Shown here: positions 19,150 to 27,586 of the stretch, piece after piece
How the letters are laid out: each line of letters starts with the position of its first letter
Position numbering within the stretch: position 1 is the stretch's first letter
From: an uncultured delta proteobacterium
GTDB lineage: Bacteria; Desulfobacterota; Binatia; Binatales; Binataceae
DNA length: 64,000 bases
Assembly: GCA_963842085.1 (NCBI GenBank)
Contig: CAWJET010000001.1
Span: 3,072,001-3,136,000 of the forward strand
Direction of reading: 5' to 3'
Notes under the pieces: generated by a model
Seen by the model: only the letters and a program-made list of their open reading frames with translations
What the model was told of the DNA's origin: nothing
Database searches by the model: none
Position numbers and translations under genes: made by a program

Positions 19150-20388
19150 TCAACTGCGCGCGCCGATAACATTCAACAGGCGCGAGACTAATGAATTTTG
19201 GGAATCGCCCTCGGTGGTTTCGTTGCCCACCTCGAGCCGTCGCGCCAGGTCTTCGATGCTCTTGGCCAGCGGCGAGTTCGGCGCCACCTGCCACAAATCC
19301 TGCGCGCTCAATTGCACCCGCTCGAGAACTTTTTCATCGCGCGGAATCCGAGTATGAATCGGCTGCGCCAGCGTGTGGCTCAGCTGATCTTCAGTTATCG
19401 GGTGACCCTGCACGAAACGGCTCAGTATGAAGCTGGGTTCGACCCCCGTCAGTCCCAGCCGTCCCACCAGGTCAACGAATCGCCACGCGCATCTTGCCGC
19501 GCCGATCGACTGGTCGAGTACGTAAAACAAATGATTCGAGCGCTCCCAGGCCGCGACCGTGTTCGCGTCGATGTGCGTACCGCAATCCACGATCACAAAA
19601 TCGAACAGTTGCCGCATCAGGTCTAGAGTCGCACCGACTGTCACGTCGCTGACCAACTCGCTGTCCTCGATCCGCTTGGGCGCCGCAAGCAGGTAGATTC
19701 CCGACGCATGCTTGCTCAGCGACGATTCGAGTTGAATCGAATCGAGCTTTCGCGTTCCCTCGGTCAGCGTCATGATCGTGCGCTCGGGCTCGAGATTCAG
19801 GAACACCGACAGCCCACCGGTCTGTAGGTCGAGATCGACTACTGAAACTCGTTTGTCAAATGCGTAGCGCAGCGCCAGCGCGAGGTTGGCAGCCAGGCTC
19901 GTCACTCCGGTGCCGCCTATCAGGCTCACCAGCGAAACGATCATGCCGCCGCCGACGTGTACTTCTTCGCGCCGGCGACTCTCGCTGATCTTAAGCAGTG
20001 CGCGCGTCGCGTCTCCGGGATCCAGAGGCAGGAACAGAAGCTCATCGGCTCCGGCCCGGAGCACCCGCTTCATCAAGTCCGGCGACCGATCATGCAGCAG
20101 CGCAAAAAGAGCCGGGCGGGGCTCTTGCCCCGCCCGAGCGTTGAGATAACGCAGAGACAGTTCGTCATTACCGTTGAACACCACCATCGCGACGTCGAAC
20201 GAGTCGTCGGTGGCGTCTGTAGTTGCATCCGGATCCGGGTCCGGCTCGAGTTCCTCGATATTCAGCACGGGGTCGCCCAAGGCGGCCAGAGCATCCCTGA
20301 CTTCTGTACGATGCTCGTCACCTTGGCCAACCAGTTGGACACGCAGTCCACCACGCTTTCCGTCATTTTTTTTACCGAGCGATGACAC
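19150..20388 (-). CDS. cpaE: CpaE/TadZ: atypical receiver plus MinD-like domain
   Basis: Degenerate receiver, deviant P-loop [16 protein letters not shown] and FDFVIVD. Confidence 0.85.
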   Translation of the reverse strand: MSSLGKKNDGKRGGLRVQLVGQGDEHRTEVRDALAALGDPVLNIEELEPDPDPDATTDATDDSFDVAMVVFNGNDELSLRYLNARAGQEPRPALFALLHDRSPDLMKRVLRAGADELLFLPLDPGDATRALLKISESRRREEVHVGGGMIVSLVSLIGGTGVTSLAANLALALRYAFDKRVSVVDLDLQTGGLSVFLNLEPERTIMTLTEGTRKLDSIQLESSLSKHASGIYLLAAPKRIEDSELVSDVTVGATLDLMRQLFDFVIVDCGTHIDANTVAAWERSNHLFYVLDQSIGAARCAWRFVDLVGRLGLTGVEPSFILSRFVQGHPITEDQLSHTLAQPIHTRIPRDEKVLERVQLSAQDLWQVAPNSPLAKSIEDLARRLEVGNETTEGDSQNSLVSRLLNVIGARS

Positions 20389-20465
20389 TTCACATTCTCC
20401 CTGGTTCAGCTATGCGGTGTCATATCATGCACTAAATACTCGGCTATGTCTTGTCCTCCGTCCAA

Positions 20466-22367
20466 CTAAAATCTGGGCCGCGTCACATCGGGTTGCGCCA
20501 AACGACGGGTCTCGATCTGTTGAGTAGTCAGCTCAGGCACCGTAGTCGGGTTGTAAACCGCAGCGCCATCGGGCAGCGGCTGCACGATCTGTGGGGTGAC
20601 GCTCATGACCAGGTCGGTTTCAGTGTTTGAATAGTTGGTGGTGCGGAACAATCCGCCGAGATACGGGACGTCGCCCAGGTATGGGACCTTTTGGATCTGC
20701 GTCTTCTTCTCATGCAGGATCAGTCCCGCGATGATCAGCGTCTGATTGTCTTTCATCTGCACCAGGGTCTCCGCGCGCCGAGTCACGAATGCCGGCACGC
20801 TGAAGCCGAACAACTGCACGCCATGGGCATAGTCAGGCTCCGATACTTCGGGCTTCACCAGCAACTCGACATCATTGCGGCCGACAACGGTCGGAACGAA
20901 TTCAACCGAAGTACCGAACTGCTTGAAGACGATCGTGGTATTCAGCGCCTGGGCGATGACGATAGGAATTTCGCCGCCCGACAGGAACTTGGCCTCTTCA
21001 CCGGAATTGGCCAGCAGATGCGGCTGCGCGAGAATCTTCGCGAGCTGGTGGTTCTCGAGATACTGGAAGAATCCCTGGAGCGCGTAATCATTGTTCCCCG
21101 CCGCCAAACCATAAGTCAGTCCCTGCGAAAGGATCAAATCGGTAAGGGCTCCACCCGGTTCCAGCGATTGATTGACTGACGTAACGGTGCCCGAGGGGGT
21201 TGTGATGCTTGACGTGGGGGAAAAGGGCGTCGCTACTGCACCCGGCAAACCGACCAGCGACACTCCGGCATGGCTCAGCGCCGCCGCAAGGTTGGTGCCC
21301 TGGTTCTCGATGGAGCTGCGGTCAAGTTCCGCCACCATCGTGTTGAGCAATACCTGCTGCTTACCGTTGGGATCGATTCGCACCGGACGCTCTTGGTACT
21401 GTCCTTGCTGGTCCCAAACCGCCAGAGTGGTGAAGCCCGGCTTATGGCCTATCAGGTTAACCTGGAACGGATTGATCACCTGGATATCCGCGACCGTAGT
21501 ATCCGCTATCGACACGCGGCGCAGCTTGGTTGCAAAGTCGATAATTTCCGACGATCCCGTCTGCAGCCGCACTACATCCTCGGGCAGATAATGCCGTCCC
21601 CCTGAAACCGCACCCGAGTGCAGTTCGCCGCCGTTTAGACTGACCGACGGATCGACCCGGTACCGCTCGTTCGACAGCGACGCTGAGGCCGTCTGGCTGG
21701 AGGGTGCCGGAGAGGCGTAGGAAGCAGCCGGGATCGAAGGACTGAAATCAAAGCTCGAGTGACTGACAGGAGCCGGCGCGACCGCTGGCGATGCCGCCGC
21801 CGGCGCAGCTGCGGGCGCGGTTGCGCTTGGCGATGCGGCCGCGACCGTTTCCGTCGTGGACGCAAAGGTTCCCGGCGATGAAGATGAAGACGAGGCAGAT
21901 GACGAAGCTACCGGGCCTGCGCCTTTATCTAGCGTCGCGGTTACTGGCGCCGCAGTGCCAGCGGATGCGCCGGTGCCAGTGATTGGTCCCGGGCTGGTGC
22001 CAGGATGATTGATGTCGTTGATGTTAGCGACTGATTTGACCGTGACGTCATACTTGACAGTGCCGCCATCCGCCGTTTTGACCGAGACCGTCCATTCGCC
22101 GGCTTCTGCGCCCAGCAGCACCACCTTGCCCGGCTCATCGTTACGAATCACCAGCGCGTGCGGATTGGTGATCACGTTCACCGCTGGCGTCTCGCCGGGG
22201 CTGACGTTGTTGATTACGTAGCTCTCACCCGCGTTCAGGGCGAGAGACATTTCCGTGCCGTCGCTATCGGCAGCAAACAGCAGGCCGGGCTGGAGCATGA
22301 GCATGCTGATAGCTGCAACTAGCCACGGAAGCAGTCCACATCCTCTTTTCGCTTTCATCTTCTTCAC
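20466..22367 (-). CDS. cpaC: Secretin CpaC/RcpA with an extended N-terminus
   Basis: Signal peptide; RRVSIADTTVADIQ pilus-formation N domain; EAKFLSGGEIP, FKQFGTSVEFVP and KVPYLGDVPYLGGLFR secretin motifs. Confidence 0.88.
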   Translation of the reverse strand: MKKMKAKRGCGLLPWLVAAISMLMLQPGLLFAADSDGTEMSLALNAGESYVINNVSPGETPAVNVITNPHALVIRNDEPGKVVLLGAEAGEWTVSVKTADGGTVKYDVTVKSVANINDINHPGTSPGPITGTGASAGTAAPVTATLDKGAGPVASSSASSSSSSPGTFASTTETVAAASPSATAPAAAPAAASPAVAPAPVSHSSFDFSPSIPAASYASPAPSSQTASASLSNERYRVDPSVSLNGGELHSGAVSGGRHYLPEDVVRLQTGSSEIIDFATKLRRVSIADTTVADIQVINPFQVNLIGHKPGFTTLAVWDQQGQYQERPVRIDPNGKQQVLLNTMVAELDRSSIENQGTNLAAALSHAGVSLVGLPGAVATPFSPTSSITTPSGTVTSVNQSLEPGGALTDLILSQGLTYGLAAGNNDYALQGFFQYLENHQLAKILAQPHLLANSGEEAKFLSGGEIPIVIAQALNTTIVFKQFGTSVEFVPTVVGRNDVELLVKPEVSEPDYAHGVQLFGFSVPAFVTRRAETLVQMKDNQTLIIAGLILHEKKTQIQKVPYLGDVPYLGGLFRTTNYSNTETDLVMSVTPQIVQPLPDGAAVYNPTTVPELTTQQIETRRLAQPDVTRPRF

Positions 22368-22388
22368 CTCACCCTCTTCGCGGCTTGC

Positions 22389-23537
22389 TTATGGTATGTC
22401 GATTGTCTTGGGAGTCGGCACGTGATCCGCCGTCCCGTTGGGTATGCCGGCTGCGACGGCCGGAGCAACCCCAGTGTTCACAGGCGCCGAAACGAGGTCG
22501 TGATGTTCTGGCACCAGCGGCGACACGAGGTCGTGATGGTCGGGTTCAGGAGCGCTCGCCACGGTCGTTGAAGCTGGCGCAGCGCCGTCTGCGTCGGCGT
22601 CATTGTCATCTTCCGCTGTTCGTGCCGCAGCCTTGCGCGCATGGCTCGACGACTTGGTCGAATCCTCGAAGTTCGCTGCCGCTTCATTCACGAACGAAAC
22701 TGATTCGGACGACTTGCCGTTGCGAAGAATCTCGATCTCGATCGGCTTGGGCCGGTGCGGTGCCGCTGCCAGATGACGAGGCGCGGGCTGAACGGCCATT
22801 ACCGGAACGTCGGGCGCCAGGCTGTACGCCCGCAGCATCTGGGCAACGTCGCTGCCGCTGGTCAGAACGATTTTGTTATCATTGTAGTTACGCATCGCCA
22901 GTCGCAGCGTTCCGGTGTGACTGGCCAGGGCCAGCCGCTCGGACTCCTGCGGCGTGACCAGCAGCGTGACCACCTTCACGACGGTCGGCTCGTCCTTCTT
23001 TTCCTCGACTTCCTGCGCTACCGCGAGCACTTCGACGTTCTGCAGAATTACCTTCGAGAACGCCTTTTCTCCGCCGCCTTCGCCACCCTGGGTCGCGACC
23101 AGCACGTCCACCCGGGTATGCGGCAGGACGAAGCCCGCGACATCGCTGACCTCGTCCACCGGAACCGACACGGCGCGCATCCCGAATGGAATCAGCAGCG
23201 GCATCACACCCGCCGTCTTGTCCCCGGTGAACAGTTTAGCCTGCACGACCGGCTCGTTGGCCACAAACGAGTTCTTCACGTAGCTGCCGATCACCTGTTT
23301 GGGATCGGTGTAAGCTCCTTCCGGAATACTGTCGGCCGACCAGCGCGCCATCTTTACTTCGCCCGGTTCAATCTTGGTGCCGAGCGGAAGATCGTACGCC
23401 GCGACCACGACCTCTACGTTGTGAGCCATCGCGTTCTGTACTTCGGCTTCCCGCCGCTTCAAGGCGGAGTACACCATTACCGAAGCCAGCATCGCCGCCA
23501 ACCCCGCCAGTAAGACGAATACCATTGGTCGTCTCAT
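22389..23537 (-). CDS. cpaB: Flp pilus assembly protein CpaB/RcpC
   Basis: SAF domain VVVAAYDLPLG; GMRAVSVPVDEVSDVAGFVLP; ILQNVEVLAV; VTLLVTP. Confidence 0.92.
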   Translation of the reverse strand: MRRPMVFVLLAGLAAMLASVMVYSALKRREAEVQNAMAHNVEVVVAAYDLPLGTKIEPGEVKMARWSADSIPEGAYTDPKQVIGSYVKNSFVANEPVVQAKLFTGDKTAGVMPLLIPFGMRAVSVPVDEVSDVAGFVLPHTRVDVLVATQGGEGGGEKAFSKVILQNVEVLAVAQEVEEKKDEPTVVKVVTLLVTPQESERLALASHTGTLRLAMRNYNDNKIVLTSGSDVAQMLRAYSLAPDVPVMAVQPAPRHLAAAPHRPKPIEIEILRNGKSSESVSFVNEAAANFEDSTKSSSHARKAAARTAEDDNDADADGAAPASTTVASAPEPDHHDLVSPLVPEHHDLVSAPVNTGVAPAVAAGIPNGTADHVPTPKTIDIP

Positions 23538-23778
23538 ATCGCCCCTCCCCTCCGGCCGCTTTGTGGCAGACCGGCTATCTTCAAGTGGTTGAGCATACTA
23601 GCATTCCGTAATTCTAAAATGGAGATTCGGTGCTAATCAGGTCGGTGGGAAAATTGACTACTGAATCTGAGCCAGGGACAGTCAAAGGCTTGAAGGAGGC
23701 AGCCGAAACGTTGCGCTTACTGCCAAGTATTGAATCTACCGGCATGATAAGTTTCCCAAAAACTTTGCGGGTTTCTGG

Positions 23779-23949
23779 CTAAAAGAGCCCATTCACGGTA
23801 ATAAGCATTGTATCGACGATATTACTACCCAAAAAGTTATATAGAGCTGCGCATAACACGAATACCGCTCCGAGTACTAGCGCATACTCGGCCATCGTCT
23901 GACCGCGCGAACTCGCTGTCAACCGGTAAACACTCTTCTGTCGGATCAT
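23779..23949 (-). CDS. flp: Flp family type IVb pilin, divergent copy (56 aa)
   Basis: SRG|QTMAEYALVL processing motif; GGGAGGGG RBS. Confidence 0.8.
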   Translation of the reverse strand: MIRQKSVYRLTASSRGQTMAEYALVLGAVFVLCAALYNFLGSNIVDTMLITVNGLF

Positions 23950-23989
23950 TGACTTCCCCTCCCAGGGCGGTCGCACGTTCCGGAGTTCC

Positions 23990-24029
23990 ATCTCTTAGCG
24001 GGGGCTGGTTGGAGCTCCCGCTAAGAGAT
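23990..24029. other. Long hairpin between pilin genes
   Basis: ATCTCTTAGCGGG...CCCGCTAAGAGAT (13 perfect bp, extendable to about 17); no U tract. Confidence 0.7.
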
Positions 24030-24137
24030 CACTCCTGACGACCATCAGGCGATCGACAGTCTGCGGTTGCGCGATAGTCTCTGATGTGGGGTGGCGGATG
24101 GGTTAGTCCGCCACCCCCGAGATTTCACCCTTCTCGC

Positions 24138-24308
24138 CTAGAGGCTGGTGTTCACGCTACTCAGCACGCTGCTGACACTCGTGCCCACCGCGTCATAGGC
24201 GACGATGCATACGACCGCGATTGCGGCGAGGATCAACGCGTATTCTGCCATCGTCTGACCGCGCTGATACTCACGCACCTTCACAAACATCCTCGTGATC
24301 TTGTCCAT
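24138..24308 (-). CDS. flp: Flp major pilin, copy A (56 aa; absent from the ORF track)
   Basis: MDKITRMFVKVREYQRG|QTMAEYALILAAIAVVCIVAYDAVGTSVSSVLSSVNTSL; AAGGAGG RBS. Confidence 0.92.
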   Translation of the reverse strand: MDKITRMFVKVREYQRGQTMAEYALILAAIAVVCIVAYDAVGTSVSSVLSSVNTSL

Positions 24309-24489
24309 AGTCCCGTGTCCTCCTTCAGTCTGCTTTTCGGCCGAAATTGGCCATTGTCCCCGTTAGTAAATTTGACCCATTCTCACTATTGCGCACTCGA
24401 ATGGCACACGTTGAGCCTCGATTGACTGCTCCTGTCGAACAGGCCTTCGCCTCTGGCAACTTACTCTGCCGCAAGCGAGACATATCGTG

Positions 24490-24505
24490 AGCATCTCTCG
24501 TGCCA
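24490..24505 (-). promoter_or_regulatory. sigma54 promoter of flp copy A
   Basis: Minus strand reads TGGCACGAGAGATGCT. An IHF-like site (AATCAAAAAGTCG, 24530-24542) and palindromes (24572-24597) lie upstream. Confidence 0.75.
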
Positions 24506-24757
24506 CTTCGGAGTATTCAGCAATTCCTTCGACTTTTTGATTTTATGCGCGACTACGATAGGCGCAATGATGCAACTGTCGGTTGCGAAGCCGCAACAGA
24601 TAAGCCTCAAAAAAGCGTTTCGCTGGAAATTTAGGATTCGTCAAAAGTATTTTGGCTAAATATGGACTAATTAAAGATCAGGAATTGGTAGTCTACTCGA
24701 AGCTGACAACAAATAGTGTATATAGCGTTCGATGTCAACATGGCCATGATCCAGCGG

Positions 24758-24872
24758 CTAGTCGACAGGCTCGAAGGCGATCTGGTCGCCCGCCTGGGTC
24801 GAACTCTCGTCCGCTGCGCCCGCCGAAAGTTCGCGCTCTTCGCTCTCCAAATACTATCGAGGAGACCCGCCA
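24758..24872 (-). pseudogene. Duplicated 3' fragment of the DUF192 gene
   Basis: Copy of 25592-25708 with a 2-bp deletion (AAGTTCGCGC versus AAGTTCGAGCGC) and no 5' part. Confidence 0.8.
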
Positions 24873-24920
24873 TGTGGGATGGCGGGTGGGTTAGTCAGCC
24901 ATCCCCGGAGATTTCACCCT
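24873..24920. repeat. Third, diverged copy of the post-flp hairpin unit
   Basis: TGTGGGATGGCGGGTGGGTTAGTCAGCCATCCCCGGAGATTTCACCCT versus TGTGGGGTGGCGGATGGGTTAGTCCGCCACCCCCGAGATTTCACCCT. Confidence 0.85.
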
Positions 24921-24973
24921 TGTGGGGTGGCGGATGGGTTAGTCCGCCACCCCCGAGATTTCACCCTTCTTGG

Positions 24974-25144
24974 CTAGAGGCTGGTGTTCACGCTACTCAG
25001 CACGCTGCTGACACTCGTGCCCACCGCGTCATAGGCGACGATGCATACGACCGCGATTGCGGCCAGGATCAGCGCGTATTCTGCCATCGTCTGACCGCGC
25101 TGATACTCACGCACCTTCACAAACATCCTCGTGATCTTGTCCAT
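24974..25144 (-). CDS. flp: Flp major pilin, copy B (protein identical to copy A)
   Basis: Same 56-aa sequence; only synonymous Leu codon differences seen. Confidence 0.92.
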   Translation of the reverse strand: MDKITRMFVKVREYQRGQTMAEYALILAAIAVVCIVAYDAVGTSVSSVLSSVNTSL

Positions 25145-25326
25145 TATTGTCCCGTGTCCTCCTTCAGTCTGTTTTTCGGCCGAAATTGTCCATTCCCCGT
25201 CACTAAATGACCCGTTCTCACTATTGCGCACTCTAATGGCGCAGGTTGAGCCTCGATTGACTGTTCCTGTCGAACAGGGCTTCGCGTGTGGCAACTCTTA
25301 CTCTGCCGCGAGCGAGACATATCGTG

Positions 25327-25342
25327 AGCATCTCTCATGCCA
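25327..25342 (-). promoter_or_regulatory. sigma54 promoter of flp copy B
   Basis: Minus strand reads TGGCATGAGAGATGCT; upstream palindromes are conserved at 25409-25434. Confidence 0.75.
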
Positions 25343-25591
25343 CTTCGGACTATTCAGCAATTCCTTCGACTTTTTCATTTTACGCGCTACTACGCTAGGC
25401 GCAATGATGCAACTGTCGGTTGCGAGGCCGCAACAGATAGCCTCAAAAAGCGCTTCGCTGGAAATTTAGGATGGTCAAAAGTCTTTTGGCTAAATATAGA
25501 CTAATTAAAGGATAGGAGTTAGCACTCCGCTCGAAGCTGGCGACAATTAGCGTTTATAGCGTTCGATGTCAAGATGGCCGTGCTCCAGCGG

Positions 25592-26011
25592 CTAGTCGAC
25601 AGGCTCGAAGGCGATCTGGTCGCCCACCTGGGTCGAACTCTCGTCCGCTGCGCCGGCCGAAAGTTCGAGCGCTCTTCGCGCTCCAAATACTATCGAGGAG
25701 ACCCGCCACGGCCTGAGGCGCCGATTGATCCTGATGACCGTGTTGCCACGCCCCAGAAAGACGATATCGATCGCAAAGCGCATGAAGAACATGTGCATCC
25801 ACATGAAGGGCATGAGACGCCCGTTTTCGAAAAGCATCCCCCTTCCGGGCTCGAGGCCGTCGCGACCCAGCAGACCGCGGCCCTGGCCGGCCAGACCCCC
25901 GGCGTTCTCGAGCCGTTCGCATAGCACGGTGCCGCGGGATTGATTGATTGCCCGGACTGGCGATTGCCGGGTCGATGTTGTCGGTGCATCAGGTGTTTGG
26001 GACTGTCTCAT
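25592..26011 (-). CDS. DUF192 family protein
   Basis: RGLLGRDGLEPGRGMLF, HMFFMRFAIDIVFL and LELSAG motifs. Confidence 0.88.
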   Translation of the reverse strand: MRQSQTPDAPTTSTRQSPVRAINQSRGTVLCERLENAGGLAGQGRGLLGRDGLEPGRGMLFENGRLMPFMWMHMFFMRFAIDIVFLGRGNTVIRINRRLRPWRVSSIVFGARRALELSAGAADESSTQVGDQIAFEPVD

Positions 26012-26044
26012 TCAATCATCATGTAATAAACTCGCGTAAGTTTC

Positions 26045-26746
26045 ATGGCATACATTCCGATATTTATCGACGTGACCGGCCGCGAATGTATCGTAGTCGG
26101 CGGCGGTGAGGTTGCCGCGCGCAAAGTCGAGTCGCTGATTGAGGCTGGTGCTCACGTAACCGTCGTCAGTCCGCGCGTATCGCCGTCGATTGAGGCAATC
26201 GTTGCCCGCGGGCTTGCGGTTCACATCGCCCGCGATTACCAGCCCGGTGATCTCCGCGGAAGCGTCCTGATGTACGCCGCGACTGATGATCCGAAACTCC
26301 ATCGTGAGCTTGCCGCCGAGGCGCGCGCGCTTGGAATCCCGATAAACGTCGTCGACGTGCCCGAGCTGTGCACGTTCATTGCGCCGGCGGCGATGAAACG
26401 CGGCGCGCTTCAGATCGCGATCTCGACCGCGGGTGCGTCGCCCGCATTTGCGGCCCGGCTGCGACGCGAGTTGGAGGACCAGTTCGGGACCGAGTACGCG
26501 CTCACGCTCGAAGTGCTGCGCGCCGCGCGCCGACGGCTGCACGCCGACCAAATCGATCCAGCCGAGCGTATGCGGCGGTTAAGAGATCTCGCCAACTCAA
26601 CCCTGCCCAACGCGATTGCGGCTGGCGATCTGGCCGCGATCGAGCGGATACTTGCCATTCATCTTGGTGACGGGGTTGGCTTGGCGCAGCTTGGAATCGA
26701 CCCGGCCGCGCTTGGCTTCACGCGGGCAATGGAAATTCCGGACTGA
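26045..26746 (+). CDS. sirC: Precorrin-2 dehydrogenase / sirohydrochlorin ferrochelatase (SirC/Met8p/CysG N-terminal type)
   Basis: VVGGGEVAARK, NVVDVPELCTF and AISTAGASP. Confidence 0.9.
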   Translation: MAYIPIFIDVTGRECIVVGGGEVAARKVESLIEAGAHVTVVSPRVSPSIEAIVARGLAVHIARDYQPGDLRGSVLMYAATDDPKLHRELAAEARALGIPINVVDVPELCTFIAPAAMKRGALQIAISTAGASPAFAARLRRELEDQFGTEYALTLEVLRAARRRLHADQIDPAERMRRLRDLANSTLPNAIAAGDLAAIERILAIHLGDGVGLAQLGIDPAALGFTRAMEIPD

Positions 26747-26757
26747 GCAGTTTGCCG

Positions 26758-27585
26758 ATGGACACCTTGTGGCTACTGCCTGCGCTTGCTTGTTACGCAC
26801 TCTCGGCCGCGCTGTTTGTGTTCGATCGTTCGTCGGGCCGCACGCGCGCGACCGGCTACGCGGTTGCGATCCTCGGCGCGGGTGCGATCTTTCATGCGCT
26901 TGACCTGACGGCGCGCGGTCTGCAGGCCGGCAATTTCCCGGTTGCCAATTTTGCGCAGGCGCTGTCGTTTCTTGCGTGGCTGACTGCCTTGGCGGGGTTG
27001 CTGATGATCGTGCGCCTCAGGCTGGCGGTGATTGGCGCGTTCGTGGCGCCGGCGGTGACTCTGGCTTTGGGCGCCGCTTCGCTCACGACCAGCAGCGGGC
27101 GCCTGGTCCTGCCGGAGACGCTGCGCAGCGTATGGCTGCCGATCCACGTCACGCTGGCGATCCTCGGCTACACGATGTTCGTGCTGGCGGCGAGCGTGAG
27201 TATCGTCTATCTCGCTTACGAGTCGCGCCTCAAATCCAAGCGCGCGCTCGGCCCCGGCAACCAGGACGCGCCGAGTCTGGAAAAGCTCGACCGAATCAAC
27301 TATCACCTGCTGGGATGGGGCTTCATGATGCTGAGCCTGGCGATCGTGAGCGGCGCGATTTGGGCCGACGCGACGTGGGGACATTTCTGGTCGTGGGATC
27401 CCAAGGAATCGTGGTCGCTGGTGATTTGGATACTGTACGCGGGTCTGCTCGAATCCCGCCTTACAATCGGATGGCGCGGGCGGCGCGCTGCGGCGCTCAC
27501 GATCGTGCTACTGGGAGTGTTGGTGGGTTCGTTCGTGGGCGTTAACCTGATTTTCCCGGGCAAGCACTCGGGCAGTTTCGGCTGA
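26758..27585 (+). CDS. ccsA: CcsA/HemX-family membrane protein
   Basis: Multi-TM; WLPIHV and the WWD motif GAIWADATWGHFWSWDPKE; lies directly before hemA. Confidence 0.85.
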   Translation: MDTLWLLPALACYALSAALFVFDRSSGRTRATGYAVAILGAGAIFHALDLTARGLQAGNFPVANFAQALSFLAWLTALAGLLMIVRLRLAVIGAFVAPAVTLALGAASLTTSSGRLVLPETLRSVWLPIHVTLAILGYTMFVLAASVSIVYLAYESRLKSKRALGPGNQDAPSLEKLDRINYHLLGWGFMMLSLAIVSGAIWADATWGHFWSWDPKESWSLVIWILYAGLLESRLTIGWRGRRAAALTIVLLGVLVGSFVGVNLIFPGKHSGSFG

Positions 27586-27586
27586 A

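Larger units (their letters stand above)
24085..24872. repeat. Tandem duplication, copy A (hairpin, flp, leader, sigma54 promoter, DUF192 3' fragment)
   Basis: Aligns throughout with 24921-25708; similarity ends at GGAGACCCGCCA. Confidence 0.92.
24921..25708. repeat. Tandem duplication, copy B (contiguous with the intact DUF192 gene)
   Basis: Aligns with 24085-24872. Confidence 0.92.

Noticed and set aside
23593-23608. sigma54 promoter upstream of cpaB
   Set aside because: The GG-to-GC spacing is 11 nt rather than the required 10.
24402-24416. Antisense sigma54-like motif TGGCACACGTTGAGC in the flp leader
   Set aside because: Poor -12 element and no gene downstream on that strand.
24309-24480. 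c-di-GMP-I (GEMM) riboswitch before flp
   Set aside because: The GGCAAA...GAAA...GCAAAGC and tetraloop-receptor signature is not seen.
24085-24953. Repeated hairpin units as a CRISPR array
   Set aside because: Only three irregularly spaced copies, explained by the segmental duplication; no unique spacers and no cas genes.
24084-25210. Plus-strand ORFs 24084-24425 and 24716-25210
   Set aside because: They are antisense shadows of the flp genes and the duplicated segment, with no RBS or recognisable motifs.
24138-27585. Conductive pili linked to the heme and ccsA genes
   Set aside because: The mature major pilin has only 2 aromatic residues in 39, no CxxCH cytochrome was recognised among the called genes, and ccsA/hemX before hemA is a common housekeeping arrangement.
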